In this document: positions 16,401-26,586 of the stretch, piece by piece | Position numbering within the stretch: the stretch's first letter is position 1 | Layout: each line of letters opens with the position of its first letter | Assembly: GCA_963771355.1 (NCBI GenBank) | Contig: CAVYTA010000006.1 | Location: 320,322-384,321, forward strand | Direction of reading: 5' to 3' | Source: an uncultured Candidatus Rokubacteria bacterium | GTDB taxonomy: Bacteria; Methylomirabilota; Methylomirabilia; Rokubacteriales; CSP1-6 | DNA: 64,000 bases | Position numbers and translations under genes: made by a program | Notes under the pieces: model-generated | What the model saw: the letters and a program-made list of their open reading frames with translations, nothing else | What the model was told of the DNA's origin: nothing | Databases searched by the model: none

Positions 16401-17348
16401 TCACGGCCGGTCGACGTACAACGCCGCGCGATGCGTGGCGGGCAGGAACGCGCCCACGAGCTGCCGCCCGGGGTCGAATGCCAGCGTGTGCGCGCCGGCC
16501 TCGGTCGACACTGTCTCGTGCCGCCGCAGCGGCGCCGTGTCGAAGACCTCGATCACGCCGGGGTCCCCGATCGCCACGTAGACGCGCCCCCGCGCCGAGT
16601 TGAAGAACACCACGTCCGGCACGCCCGCGAGCGCCGCCGTGGCCACGACGCCGCCCGTGTCGGCGTCGAGCTCGACGAGGACGCCGGCATCGCAGGCGCA
16701 GAACAGCCGCCGCCGGGCGACGTCGAGGTCGAGGCCGTGCGGCCCCGCGTGCGGTACGCTCACTACGCGGCGGATGCGGACCGGGTGGGCGGACTCGACG
16801 ACCACGATCTGCGGCGGGTCGGCGATGTTGACGTGGAAGGCGTCCGCGCCCGGGTCGAACACCGCCCACCGCGTCCGTCCCGCCACCGGCACATCGGCAA
16901 GGCGCCGGCGTTCGGCGACATCGACGATCGAGACCGTGTACGAACCCGCGATGGCAGGGTCGCCGACATGCGCCGACAGGAGGCGCCGCCGGCCCGGATC
17001 GTACGCGAGCCCATTCGGGCGCCGGCCAACGCTGACCTTCTCCACCTCCCCGCCGGTTGGCGTGAAGATCCCGATCGTGTCCTCGCCCCGGTTCGAGGTG
17101 AAGACGAGGTCGGGCGCCTCCGCAACGAGCGCGCCGGCCACCGCCGCCAGCCCGGAGATCGAGCCGACGTACGTCCGTGCGACGAGATCGATCACGTCGA
17201 TGGCGTCGTTCGCGGTGTGCGCGACGTAGCACCGCCCGGTCGCGGGATGAACCGCGGCGTGGTCGAACCCGCCGCCACCCACGTGCGAAGGAAGGTCGAC
17301 GAAGCCTAGGAGCTCGAGTGGCACGTCAGCGCCCGCCGGCGCCGGCAT
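16401..17348 (-). CDS. YVTN/NHL-type beta-propeller repeat protein
   Basis: 315 aa with repeated ~40-aa units containing ...P.G.A.DP...R.YV... patterns (PNGLAYDPGRRRLLSAH; PHGLDLDVARRRLFCAC; GRVYVAIGDPG). Confidence 0.65.
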   Translation of the reverse strand: MPAPAGADVPLELLGFVDLPSHVGGGGFDHAAVHPATGRCYVAHTANDAIDVIDLVARTYVGSISGLAAVAGALVAEAPDLVFTSNRGEDTIGIFTPTGGEVEKVSVGRRPNGLAYDPGRRRLLSAHVGDPAIAGSYTVSIVDVAERRRLADVPVAGRTRWAVFDPGADAFHVNIADPPQIVVVESAHPVRIRRVVSVPHAGPHGLDLDVARRRLFCACDAGVLVELDADTGGVVATAALAGVPDVVFFNSARGRVYVAIGDPGVIEVFDTAPLRRHETVSTEAGAHTLAFDPGRQLVGAFLPATHRAALYVDRP

Positions 17349-17466
17349 ACGGTGAAGGGGCAGCCCCTCGCATCACGTACGGACCAAGCTTGTTCATATG
17401 TACCCAGATGAAACAGTAGTTTCAATACCATGTCAATACGGTTGTGCCTTGAACCTGGGCTGATTC

Positions 17467-18216
17467 TCACCCGGCGCGGCCGAATCCCGCGGTCAGGTAG
17501 TCCCGGTTCATCCGGGTGATGACGCCGAGGCCGATGCCCTTGGGGCAGACGGCCTCGCACTCGCCGTGGAGCGAGCACCCGCCGAAGCCCTCGCGGTCGG
17601 CCGCGGCCACCATGGCGCGCCCGCGCCGCGCGCGCTCGGGCTGCCCCTGAGGCAAGAGCCCGAGGTGGGTGAGCTTGGCGCCCACGAAGAGCGAGGCGGA
17701 GCCATTGGGGCAGGCGGCGACGCAGGCGCCGCAGCCGATGCACTCGGCCGCGTCCAGGGCGCGCTCGGCGTCCTCGCGCCGCACCGGGATCGTATTGGCC
17801 TCGGGCGCGCTGCCGGCGCGCACGGAGATGTAGCCGCCCGCCTGTATCACCCCGTCCAGCGCGCGCCGGTCCACGACCAGGTCGCGCACGAGGGGGAAGG
17901 CGCCCGTGCAGAAAGGCTCCAGCGTGATGGTGGCGCCGTCGCGGAAGGCCCGCATGGGCAGGAGGCAGGTGGTGGTGCCTGGGAGGGGTCCGTGCGGGCG
18001 GCCATCCACCACGATGCCGCAGGCTCCGCATATCCCCTCGCGGCAATCGCTGTCGAAGGCGACCGGCGGCTCCCCGGTCGCGGCCAGCTCCTCGTTGAGG
18101 CGGTCGAGGACCTCGAGGAGGGTCATCTCGGGGCGCACGTCCTCGATCGGGTAGCGGACGAAGCCCCCCGCCTCGCGCGGATTGCGCTGCCGCCAGATCC
18201 GGAGCGCGACCTTCAT
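17467..18216 (-). CDS. sdhB: Succinate dehydrogenase / fumarate reductase iron-sulfur subunit
   Basis: 249 aa. 2Fe-2S Cys cluster (CREGICGACG), 4Fe-4S CIGCGACVAACP and 3Fe-4S CSLHGECEAVCP motifs. The start is 7 nt downstream of the sdhA stop. Confidence 0.85.
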   Translation of the reverse strand: MKVALRIWRQRNPREAGGFVRYPIEDVRPEMTLLEVLDRLNEELAATGEPPVAFDSDCREGICGACGIVVDGRPHGPLPGTTTCLLPMRAFRDGATITLEPFCTGAFPLVRDLVVDRRALDGVIQAGGYISVRAGSAPEANTIPVRREDAERALDAAECIGCGACVAACPNGSASLFVGAKLTHLGLLPQGQPERARRGRAMVAAADREGFGGCSLHGECEAVCPKGIGLGVITRMNRDYLTAGFGRAG

Positions 18217-18223
18217 GACGGCC

Positions 18224-20136
<1,913 letters not shown>

Positions 20137-20149
<13 letters not shown>

Positions 20150-20805
20150 CCCGCGAGCACGGCCAGCGGCACGGCGGCGAAGCCCAGCGCGACCGCCGCC
20201 GACACCGCCGCCACCGCCGGGCGGCGCCGCCGGCCCGCGCCGTCGGGCCAGACACCCAGGCTCCGCCCGGCCGCCCAGAGGCCGTGGAAGAGGTGAAGGC
20301 CCAGCAGCAGCGCGGCGCCCGCGTAGATCAGGGCGACCGCGGGCGAGCGCAGGCCGAGCACCACATTGGCGTAGACGTGACCCGGGAGGAAGCCGGGGTG
20401 GCCGACGCCCCACGTGAGGTGGAGCAGGTGGTAGACGATGAAGGCGAGCAGCAGCGCGCCGCCTACCCGCATGCTCCGGGCGGCCCAGCCCTCGGCCCGA
20501 TGTGCCGCCCCGCGCGCAGACCGCGCCTGGCGCCGCGGTCGCGCCGCCCGGTCGGCGCGCGTGAGCGACACCACGCCGGCCACGTGGACGACCGCCGCGG
20601 CGGCGAGGCCGAGCCGCACCGCCCACAGGGCCAGGGGTATGCGCCGCAGGGCGGCCGCGTAGCCGTCCGCGGCCTCCGGCCCCGAGAACACCGTGAGGTT
20701 CCCTGCCACGTGGAGGACCACCCAGAGCCAGAGGAGCAGCCCGGAGGCCGCCACCAGGGCCTTCCGGCCGACCGTCGAGCGCCAGAGCCCGAGGAGCGTG
20801 TCCAT
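20137..20805 (-). CDS. sdhC: Succinate dehydrogenase cytochrome b subunit (single 5-TM, dihaem type-B anchor, SdhC-like)
   Basis: 222 aa from MDTLLGLW... Five hydrophobic helices with conserved His residues. The stop overlaps the sdhA start region. Gene order C-A-B. Confidence 0.7.
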
Positions 20806-20880
20806 GGCGTCATGGTGCCTGCCCGGCCATTCATCAGCCACATGCATTCGCGATCGGTCATGATTAAGGTAAACTTATGA
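20806..20880. promoter_or_regulatory. Divergent promoter/operator region between the sdhCAB operon and the LysR regulator gene; AT-rich island with ATTCAT...ATGAAT inverted motifs
   Basis: 75-bp intergenic region containing the most AT-rich stretch locally (gattaaggtaaacttatgaatga) in a 70% GC background. It contains candidate T-N11-A-like dyads expected for LysR autoregulation. No precise sites called. Confidence 0.3.
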
Positions 20881-21798
20881 ATGACCATGCACGTGGAGAC
20901 CCTCAAGACCTTCTGCGACCTGGTGGAGACGGGCAGCCTCTCGCGCGCCGCCCGCTTGAACCTCGTGTCGCAGTCCGCGGTGAGCCAGCAGCTCCGCGCG
21001 CTCGAGCGGCGCTACGGGCGGCGGCTCATCGAGCGCGCGCCGCGCATCGGCGCGCGGGCCACCGAGGCCGGGCGGCTGCTCTACGAGGAGGTCAAGCCGC
21101 TGCTCGATCGGCTGGGCACGCTCGAGCAGCGCCTGCGGGCGCGGCCGGACGTGGTGGCGGGGACGGTGCGGGTGGCGACGGTGTACAGCGTGGGGCTACA
21201 CACCCTGCCGCCCACCATCAAGCGGTGCCTCGCCGAACATCCCGAGGTCAACGTGCGCCTCTCGTACCGGCGCACCAACGAGGTGTACGCGGCCTGTCTG
21301 GACGGCGAGGTGGACTTCGGCATCGTGGCGGTGCCGACGCGCCGGCCCGGGCTCGAGATCGCGCCGCTGGGCCACGACGAGCTGGTCATCGCGGCGCCGC
21401 CCAGCCATCCCATCGCGCGGCGGGCGCGCTGTCCGCTCGCCGCCCTCGACGGCCAGCCCTTCATCGGCTTCGACCGTGACATTCCCACGCGCCGCCTGGT
21501 CGACAGCCTGCTGCGCCGTCACGGCGTGCGCGTCAGCTACACCATGGAGCTCGACAATATCGAGACGATCAAGCGCTCGGTCGAGGCCGGCCTGGGCCTC
21601 TCGCTCCTGCCCGCGCCCACCCTCGTCGCCGAGGTGCGCGCGCGCAGCCTGGTGGCCCGCCCGCCCGCCGAGGGCCCCTTTCGGCGGCCCATCGGGGTGA
21701 TCTACCGGCGCACACGAGAGATGTCCGCGGCGGGCCGGGCCTTCCTCGCCCTGCTGACCTCCGAACTGGGCTCGCTCCGCGCGCCTAGGCGCCGATAG
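20881..21798 (+). CDS. LysR-family transcriptional regulator
   Basis: N-terminal HTH (LKTFCDLVETGSLSRAARLNLVSQSAVSQQLRALE) and a C-terminal LysR substrate-binding domain. Divergent from the sdh operon. Confidence 0.85.
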   Translation: MTMHVETLKTFCDLVETGSLSRAARLNLVSQSAVSQQLRALERRYGRRLIERAPRIGARATEAGRLLYEEVKPLLDRLGTLEQRLRARPDVVAGTVRVATVYSVGLHTLPPTIKRCLAEHPEVNVRLSYRRTNEVYAACLDGEVDFGIVAVPTRRPGLEIAPLGHDELVIAAPPSHPIARRARCPLAALDGQPFIGFDRDIPTRRLVDSLLRRHGVRVSYTMELDNIETIKRSVEAGLGLSLLPAPTLVAEVRARSLVARPPAEGPFRRPIGVIYRRTREMSAAGRAFLALLTSELGSLRAPRRR

Positions 21799-22765
21799 CC
21801 GCGGCCAGGTCCGAGTAGTCCGCGTCCGGCAGCTCGGCGAACACGGGGTTGGAGAGGTACCGCTCGCCGAAGTCGCAGACGATGGACACGACCAGCTTCC
21901 CGCGGTTCTCCGGCCGGGCGGCGACCTGCAAGGCCACCCAGGTGATGGAGCCGGAGGAGATGCCGGCGAAGATGGCCTCCTCGCGTGCCAGGCGCCGGGC
22001 GGTGGCGATGGCGTCGTCCGTGGTCACCGTCACGATCTCGTCATAGACCTTCCGGTCGAGGTTCTCCGGGATGAAGCCCGCGCCGATGCCCTGCTGCTTG
22101 TGCGGCGAGGGGGCCCCGCCCGAGATCACCGGGCTCTCCGCGGGCTCGACGCAGACGATGCGGATGCCGGGCTTCTTCTCGCGCAGGAAGCGGCCGGCGC
22201 CGGTGATGGTGCCGCCGGTGCCCACGCCGGCCACGAAGACGTCCACCTGGCCGCCGGTGTCGGCCCAGATCTCCGGCCCCGTGGTCTGGTAGTGAATGGC
22301 GGGGTTGGCGGGATTCTCGAATTGCCGGGGGATCCAGGCGCGGTCCCCGAGCTTCTCGGCGATCTCCTCCGCCCGCGCGATGCAGGCCTTCATGCCCTTG
22401 GGGCCTTCGGTGAGCACCACCTTGCAGCCCAGGGCGCGGAGCATGTGCTGCCGCTCCACCGTCATCGTATCCGGCATGGTGAAGATGCAGCGGTAGCCCA
22501 GCGCCGCCGCCGCGTAGGCGAGTCCGATCCCGGTATTTCCGCTAGTTGGCTCGACGATGATCATGCCGGGCTTGAGGCGGCCCCGGTCGATCGCGTCCTT
22601 GATCATGGCGTACCCGATCCGGTCCTTGACCGAGTTGAACGGGTTGTGGCCCTCGTGCTTGATCGCGACGCGGGCGGGAAGGCCGGCGGCGAGCCGGTTG
22701 AGATAGATGAGGGGGGTCCCGCCCACCGTCTCCGTGATGTTCCCGTAGATCTTGCCGTGTGGCAT
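21785..22765 (-). CDS. cysK: Cysteine synthase A (O-acetylserine sulfhydrylase)
   Basis: 326 aa. PLP-lysine motif NPFNSVKDRIG, the TSGNTG phosphate-binding loop, GTGGT(ITG) motif. The 3' end overlaps the convergent LysR gene by 14 nt. Confidence 0.9.
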   Translation of the reverse strand: MPHGKIYGNITETVGGTPLIYLNRLAAGLPARVAIKHEGHNPFNSVKDRIGYAMIKDAIDRGRLKPGMIIVEPTSGNTGIGLAYAAAALGYRCIFTMPDTMTVERQHMLRALGCKVVLTEGPKGMKACIARAEEIAEKLGDRAWIPRQFENPANPAIHYQTTGPEIWADTGGQVDVFVAGVGTGGTITGAGRFLREKKPGIRIVCVEPAESPVISGGAPSPHKQQGIGAGFIPENLDRKVYDEIVTVTTDDAIATARRLAREEAIFAGISSGSITWVALQVAARPENRGKLVVSIVCDFGERYLSNPVFAELPDADYSDLAAAIGA

Positions 22766-22809
22766 GCGCGGCTCCTTTCGAACTCTCTGGGGAGTATAGT
22801 CAGCGAGCC

Positions 22810-24314
22810 ATGGCTGGGCGCAAGCGGTTCATCATCGTCTTCGTGGTGGACGGCCTCCGACCCGACGCCATCACCGCCGAGGACACGCCGACGCTCCACC
22901 GACTGCGGGCCGAGGGCGTCGACTTCGCGAACAGCCACGCGGCCTTTCCCACCGTGACCCGCGTCAATGCCGCCGTCATCTCGACCGGCACCCAGCCGGG
23001 TACCAACGGTATCGTCGGCAACCAGATCTATGTTCCCGCGGTGGATCCGCGCCGGGCGCTGGATACCGGAAACGTGCGGAACCTGATCCGGGTGGACGAG
23101 ACGACCGCGGGGCAGCTGTTGCTGGCGCCGACCCTGGCCGAGCGGCTCCAGGCGCATGGCCTGCGGCTCGTCGGCGTCAGCTCGGGCTCGACCGGCAGCG
23201 CGTTCCTCCTCAATCCACGGGCGCCGGCGGGCGTCGGCGCCCTCGTCAACGGGTATCTCGACCCGGGCCGGACGGTCGCATATCCAGCCGACGTGAGCGC
23301 GGCCGTGCTCGCCAAGTTCGGACCGGCGCCCCCCAAGGCCGGCGCGGATCGGTATGACGAGCCGGTGGCATGGACCCAGCGGGTGCTCCGCGAGTACGTG
23401 CTGCCCGAGCTCGCTCCCGACGTGGTGATCAACTGGCTGACGGAGCCGGATCACAGCCAGCACACGCGCGGCGTGGGCTCGCCGGCCGCCCGCGCCGCGC
23501 TCCGGCACGACGACACCGAGATCGCGCGCGTGCTGGCCGCCATGGACGCGCTCGGCCTGACCGCAGCGGCCGACGTCTTCGTCGTCTCGGATCACGGGTT
23601 CACCACCAATACTGCCGGCGTGGACGTGGGCCGCGAGCTGATCGAGGCGGGGCTCAAGGCCGCGGCCGACTCCGCCGACGTGGTGCTCGCCAGCAGCGGG
23701 CAGTCAGTGGGACTGCACGTCGAGGGGCAGGCGCGCGAGCGCATCGCCGCGATCGCGCGCTTCGTGCAGTCGCGCGAGTGGGGCGGCGTGGTGTTCACCG
23801 AGGGCCGGGCCCCCGGCGATCCGCATGGAGCGGTCGAGGGGACCTTCGCTCTCGAGCTGATCCATCTGGCGCATCCCGGGCGCGCGTCCCGGACCTGCTG
23901 CTCACGTTCCCGTGGAGCTCGCGGCCGAATGCCTTCGGCGTGCCCGGCTCCGACCTGGCGAATGTGAGCGGGGGCGCCGCGCCCTACTTCAGCGACCACG
24001 GCAGCATGAGCCCCTGGAACATCCGCAATGCCGGCCTCGCCTGGGGCGTGGACTTCAAGAAGCGAGTCGCGGTGCGGACGCCCAGCGGCAACGTGGATCT
24101 GGCGCCGACCATTCTCTGCCTGCTCGGCCTTGGAGAGGCCGGCGGCCTCGACGGACGGGTGCTGGCGGAGGCCATCGAGGGCGGCCCGGACCCGGAGCAG
24201 ATGGCGGTGGAGACGCGCGTTCATATGGTTGAAGCGGCGGCCTATCGCGCCGCCGTCCAGGTGAGCACGGTGGCCGGCCACCGCTATGTCGACAAGAGCT
24301 GGCGCATTCTCTAG
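22810..24314 (+). pseudogene. Nucleotide pyrophosphatase/phosphodiesterase (alkaline-phosphatase superfamily, NPP family) gene interrupted by a frameshift near 23880-23895
   Basis: Frame 1 (from ATG 22810, MAGRKRFIIVFVVDGLRPD..., VSDHGF) ends shortly after ...ELIHLAHPG. The conserved NPP C-terminus (...PDLLLTFPWSSRP...YFSDHGSMSPWNIRNAGLAWGVDFKK...VDLAPTILCLLGL...) continues in another frame to 24314. The switch maps to the GC run cccgggcgcgcg. Confidence 0.65.
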
Positions 24315-24328
24315 GAGGGGGAGGACCC

Positions 24329-25183
24329 ATGGACTTCGGCGCGGCGATCTTCTTCACGGATTACTCGATGGGCCCGGTCGAGCTGGGGCGCGCGCTCGAG
24401 GAGCGGGGATTCGGCTCGCTGTGGGCGCCCGAGCACTCGCATATCCCGCTCTCGCGCCGGACGCCGTTCCCGCAGGGCGGGGACCTGCCGAAGAAGTATT
24501 ACGACGTCATGGATCCCTTTGTCACGCTGGCGGCGGCCGCCGCGGCGACCACGCGCCTGCAGGTGGCCACCGGCGTGTGCCTCGTCGTCCAGCGCGATCC
24601 CATCCAGACCGCGAAGGCGGTGGCCAGCCTCGACCAGGTCTCGGGCGGGCGCGTCCTCTTCGGCATCGGCGCGGGCTGGAACGCGGAGGAGATGGCGGAC
24701 CACGGGACGGAGTTCAAGACGCGCTTCCAGGTCATGCGGGAGCGGGTCGAGGCGATGAAGGCGATCTGGACGAAGTCCAAGCCGGAGTATCAGGGCGAGT
24801 TCGTCAACTTTCCCCCGATGATGACCTGGCCCAAGCCCGTGCAGAAGCCCCACCCGCCGGTGATCGTGGGCGGCGCCTATCCCCACGGCGCGCGGCGGGC
24901 CATCGCCTTCGGGGACGGCTGGGTCCCCCATGCGCGCCGGCCCGCCTATGGCGACGTGCTCGGGCTCCTGCCGGATTTCCGCAAGCTCGCCACCGAAGCG
25001 GGCCGCGACCCAGCCACCCTCCCGATCACGATCTTCGGCGTGGCCGAGGACCCCGACCTCGTGAAGCGGTATCGCGATGCCGGGGTGGCGCGGGTGGTGT
25101 TCAACCTGACGCCCGCGGGCGCGGATGAGGTGCTGCCGGTGCTGGACCGGTGCGCGGGGCTGATGCGAGGGGTGGGTGCGTGA
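24329..25183 (+). CDS. LLM-class F420-dependent oxidoreductase
   Basis: 284 aa. GGAGGGGGAGG SD. LLM motifs (GFGSLWAPEHSHIP; GGRVLFGIGAGWNAEEM). ~55% identical to the 33926..34765 product. Confidence 0.85.
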   Translation: MDFGAAIFFTDYSMGPVELGRALEERGFGSLWAPEHSHIPLSRRTPFPQGGDLPKKYYDVMDPFVTLAAAAAATTRLQVATGVCLVVQRDPIQTAKAVASLDQVSGGRVLFGIGAGWNAEEMADHGTEFKTRFQVMRERVEAMKAIWTKSKPEYQGEFVNFPPMMTWPKPVQKPHPPVIVGGAYPHGARRAIAFGDGWVPHARRPAYGDVLGLLPDFRKLATEAGRDPATLPITIFGVAEDPDLVKRYRDAGVARVVFNLTPAGADEVLPVLDRCAGLMRGVGA

Positions 25184-25246
25184 ATGATGTTCTCTGAAGT
25201 ATAGTGAAGCGGTCGGCAGCCGCGACACAGGGGGAGACCAGGACTG

Positions 25247-26107
25247 ATGCGATACGAGGCACCAGAGTCGGTGGAAGGAGCGGTCGCGCTTCTCGCGAGC
25301 GCGACGGGCGAGGCACGGGTACTGGCGGGGGGCACCGATCTCCTGGTCCAGATGCGCGCGGACGTGGTGGATCCCGAGCTCATCGTCGACATCAAGAAGA
25401 TCGCCGAGACGCGCGCGATCACGGAGGAAAAGGGCGGCTGGCGCATCGGCGCCGCGGTGACGGGCGCCGAGCTCAAGGAGCATGCGCGGCTCAAGCAGGC
25501 CTGGCCGGGCGTGGTGGAGGCGGCGAACCTCATCGGCTCCACCCAGGTGCAGGGTCGGGCCACGCTTGGGGGCAATCTCTGCAATGGCTCTCCTGCGGCC
25601 GACAGCGTGCCCGCGCTCATCGCGGCGGGGGCAATGGCCACTCTGGCCGGTCCCAAGGGCAAGCGCGATCTGCCGGTCGAGGACGTCATGCTGGGGCCCC
25701 GCAAGCTCGCGCTCACCAAGGGTGAGATCGTGGTGTCCTTTCTCCTGCCGCCCCGCCCGCCGCGCTCCAGCGACGCCTACCTCCGTTTCATTCCCCGGAC
25801 CGAGATGGATATTGCCGTGGTGGGCGCCGGAGTGAGCCTGACCCTCGATGCCGGCGGGACCATCACCGCGGCGCGGGTGAGCCTGGGGGCGGTGGCGGCG
25901 CGGGTGCTGCTGGTGCCCGAGGCGGCCCAGGCCATCATCGGGAGCCGGCTGGACAAGCCGGCGCAGGACCGGCTCGAGGCGGCCGCGCGGGCAGCCTGCC
26001 GGCCCATTGACGACAAGCGAGGCACTACCGAGTTCCGCATCGACGTGGCAGCCGTGCTGACCCGGCGCGCTGCCCTGATCGCGCTGGACCGAGCGAGGGC
26101 GAGCTGA
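25247..26107 (+). CDS. Xanthine-dehydrogenase-family FAD-binding subunit (CoxM/CutM-like)
   Basis: 286 aa. FAD-binding molybdopterin dehydrogenase fold (LAGGTDLLVQMR; ATLGGNLCNGSPAADS). Confidence 0.85.
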   Translation: MRYEAPESVEGAVALLASATGEARVLAGGTDLLVQMRADVVDPELIVDIKKIAETRAITEEKGGWRIGAAVTGAELKEHARLKQAWPGVVEAANLIGSTQVQGRATLGGNLCNGSPAADSVPALIAAGAMATLAGPKGKRDLPVEDVMLGPRKLALTKGEIVVSFLLPPRPPRSSDAYLRFIPRTEMDIAVVGAGVSLTLDAGGTITAARVSLGAVAARVLLVPEAAQAIIGSRLDKPAQDRLEAAARAACRPIDDKRGTTEFRIDVAAVLTRRAALIALDRARAS

Positions 26108-26583
26108 TGGCCAAGCACCATATCGGGGCGACGGTGAACGGAGATCCGGTCGAGTTCCTCTGCGAGACGGAGGACACGCTTCTCGACGTGCTCCGCGACA
26201 CGCTGAATCTCACCGGCAGCAAGGAAGGGTGCTCCTCCGGGGACTGCGGCGCGTGCAGCGTGATGCTCGACGGCCGGCTGGTCTGCTCCTGCCTCGTGCT
26301 GGGCTGCGAGGTGGGCGGGCGATCGGTCGAGACCATCGAGGGCATGGCCAAGGGCGAGACGCTGCATCCGCTTCAGAAGCGGTTCCTGGAGAGCGCCGCG
26401 CTCCAGTGCGGCATCTGCACCCCGGGCTTCCTGGTCGCCAGCAAGGCGCTTCTCGAGCGAACGACCAGCCCGACCGAGCACGAGGTGCGCTACTGGCTGG
26501 CCGGCAACCTCTGCCGATGCACCGGGTACGACAAGATCGTGAGCGCGGTGATGGACACGGCCGCGGCAATGAGAAAGGGATAG
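26107..26583 (+). CDS. (2Fe-2S)-binding small subunit of molybdenum hydroxylase (CoxS/CutS-like)
   Basis: 158 aa. Plant-type ferredoxin cluster CSSGDCGACSV and the second cluster QCGICTPGF...CRCTGY. ATGA start/stop overlap with the upstream gene. Confidence 0.9.
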   Translation: MAKHHIGATVNGDPVEFLCETEDTLLDVLRDTLNLTGSKEGCSSGDCGACSVMLDGRLVCSCLVLGCEVGGRSVETIEGMAKGETLHPLQKRFLESAALQCGICTPGFLVASKALLERTTSPTEHEVRYWLAGNLCRCTGYDKIVSAVMDTAAAMRKG

Positions 26584-26586
26584 ATC

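Noticed and set aside
17476-17510. Hairpins resembling a tRNA T-arm (cccggttcatccggg) and a 5-bp stem with 7-nt loop near the sdhB 3' end
   Set aside because: They lie inside the sdhB coding sequence. The T-loop analogue has only 5 loop nucleotides and no acceptor or anticodon arms can be built. Not a tRNA.
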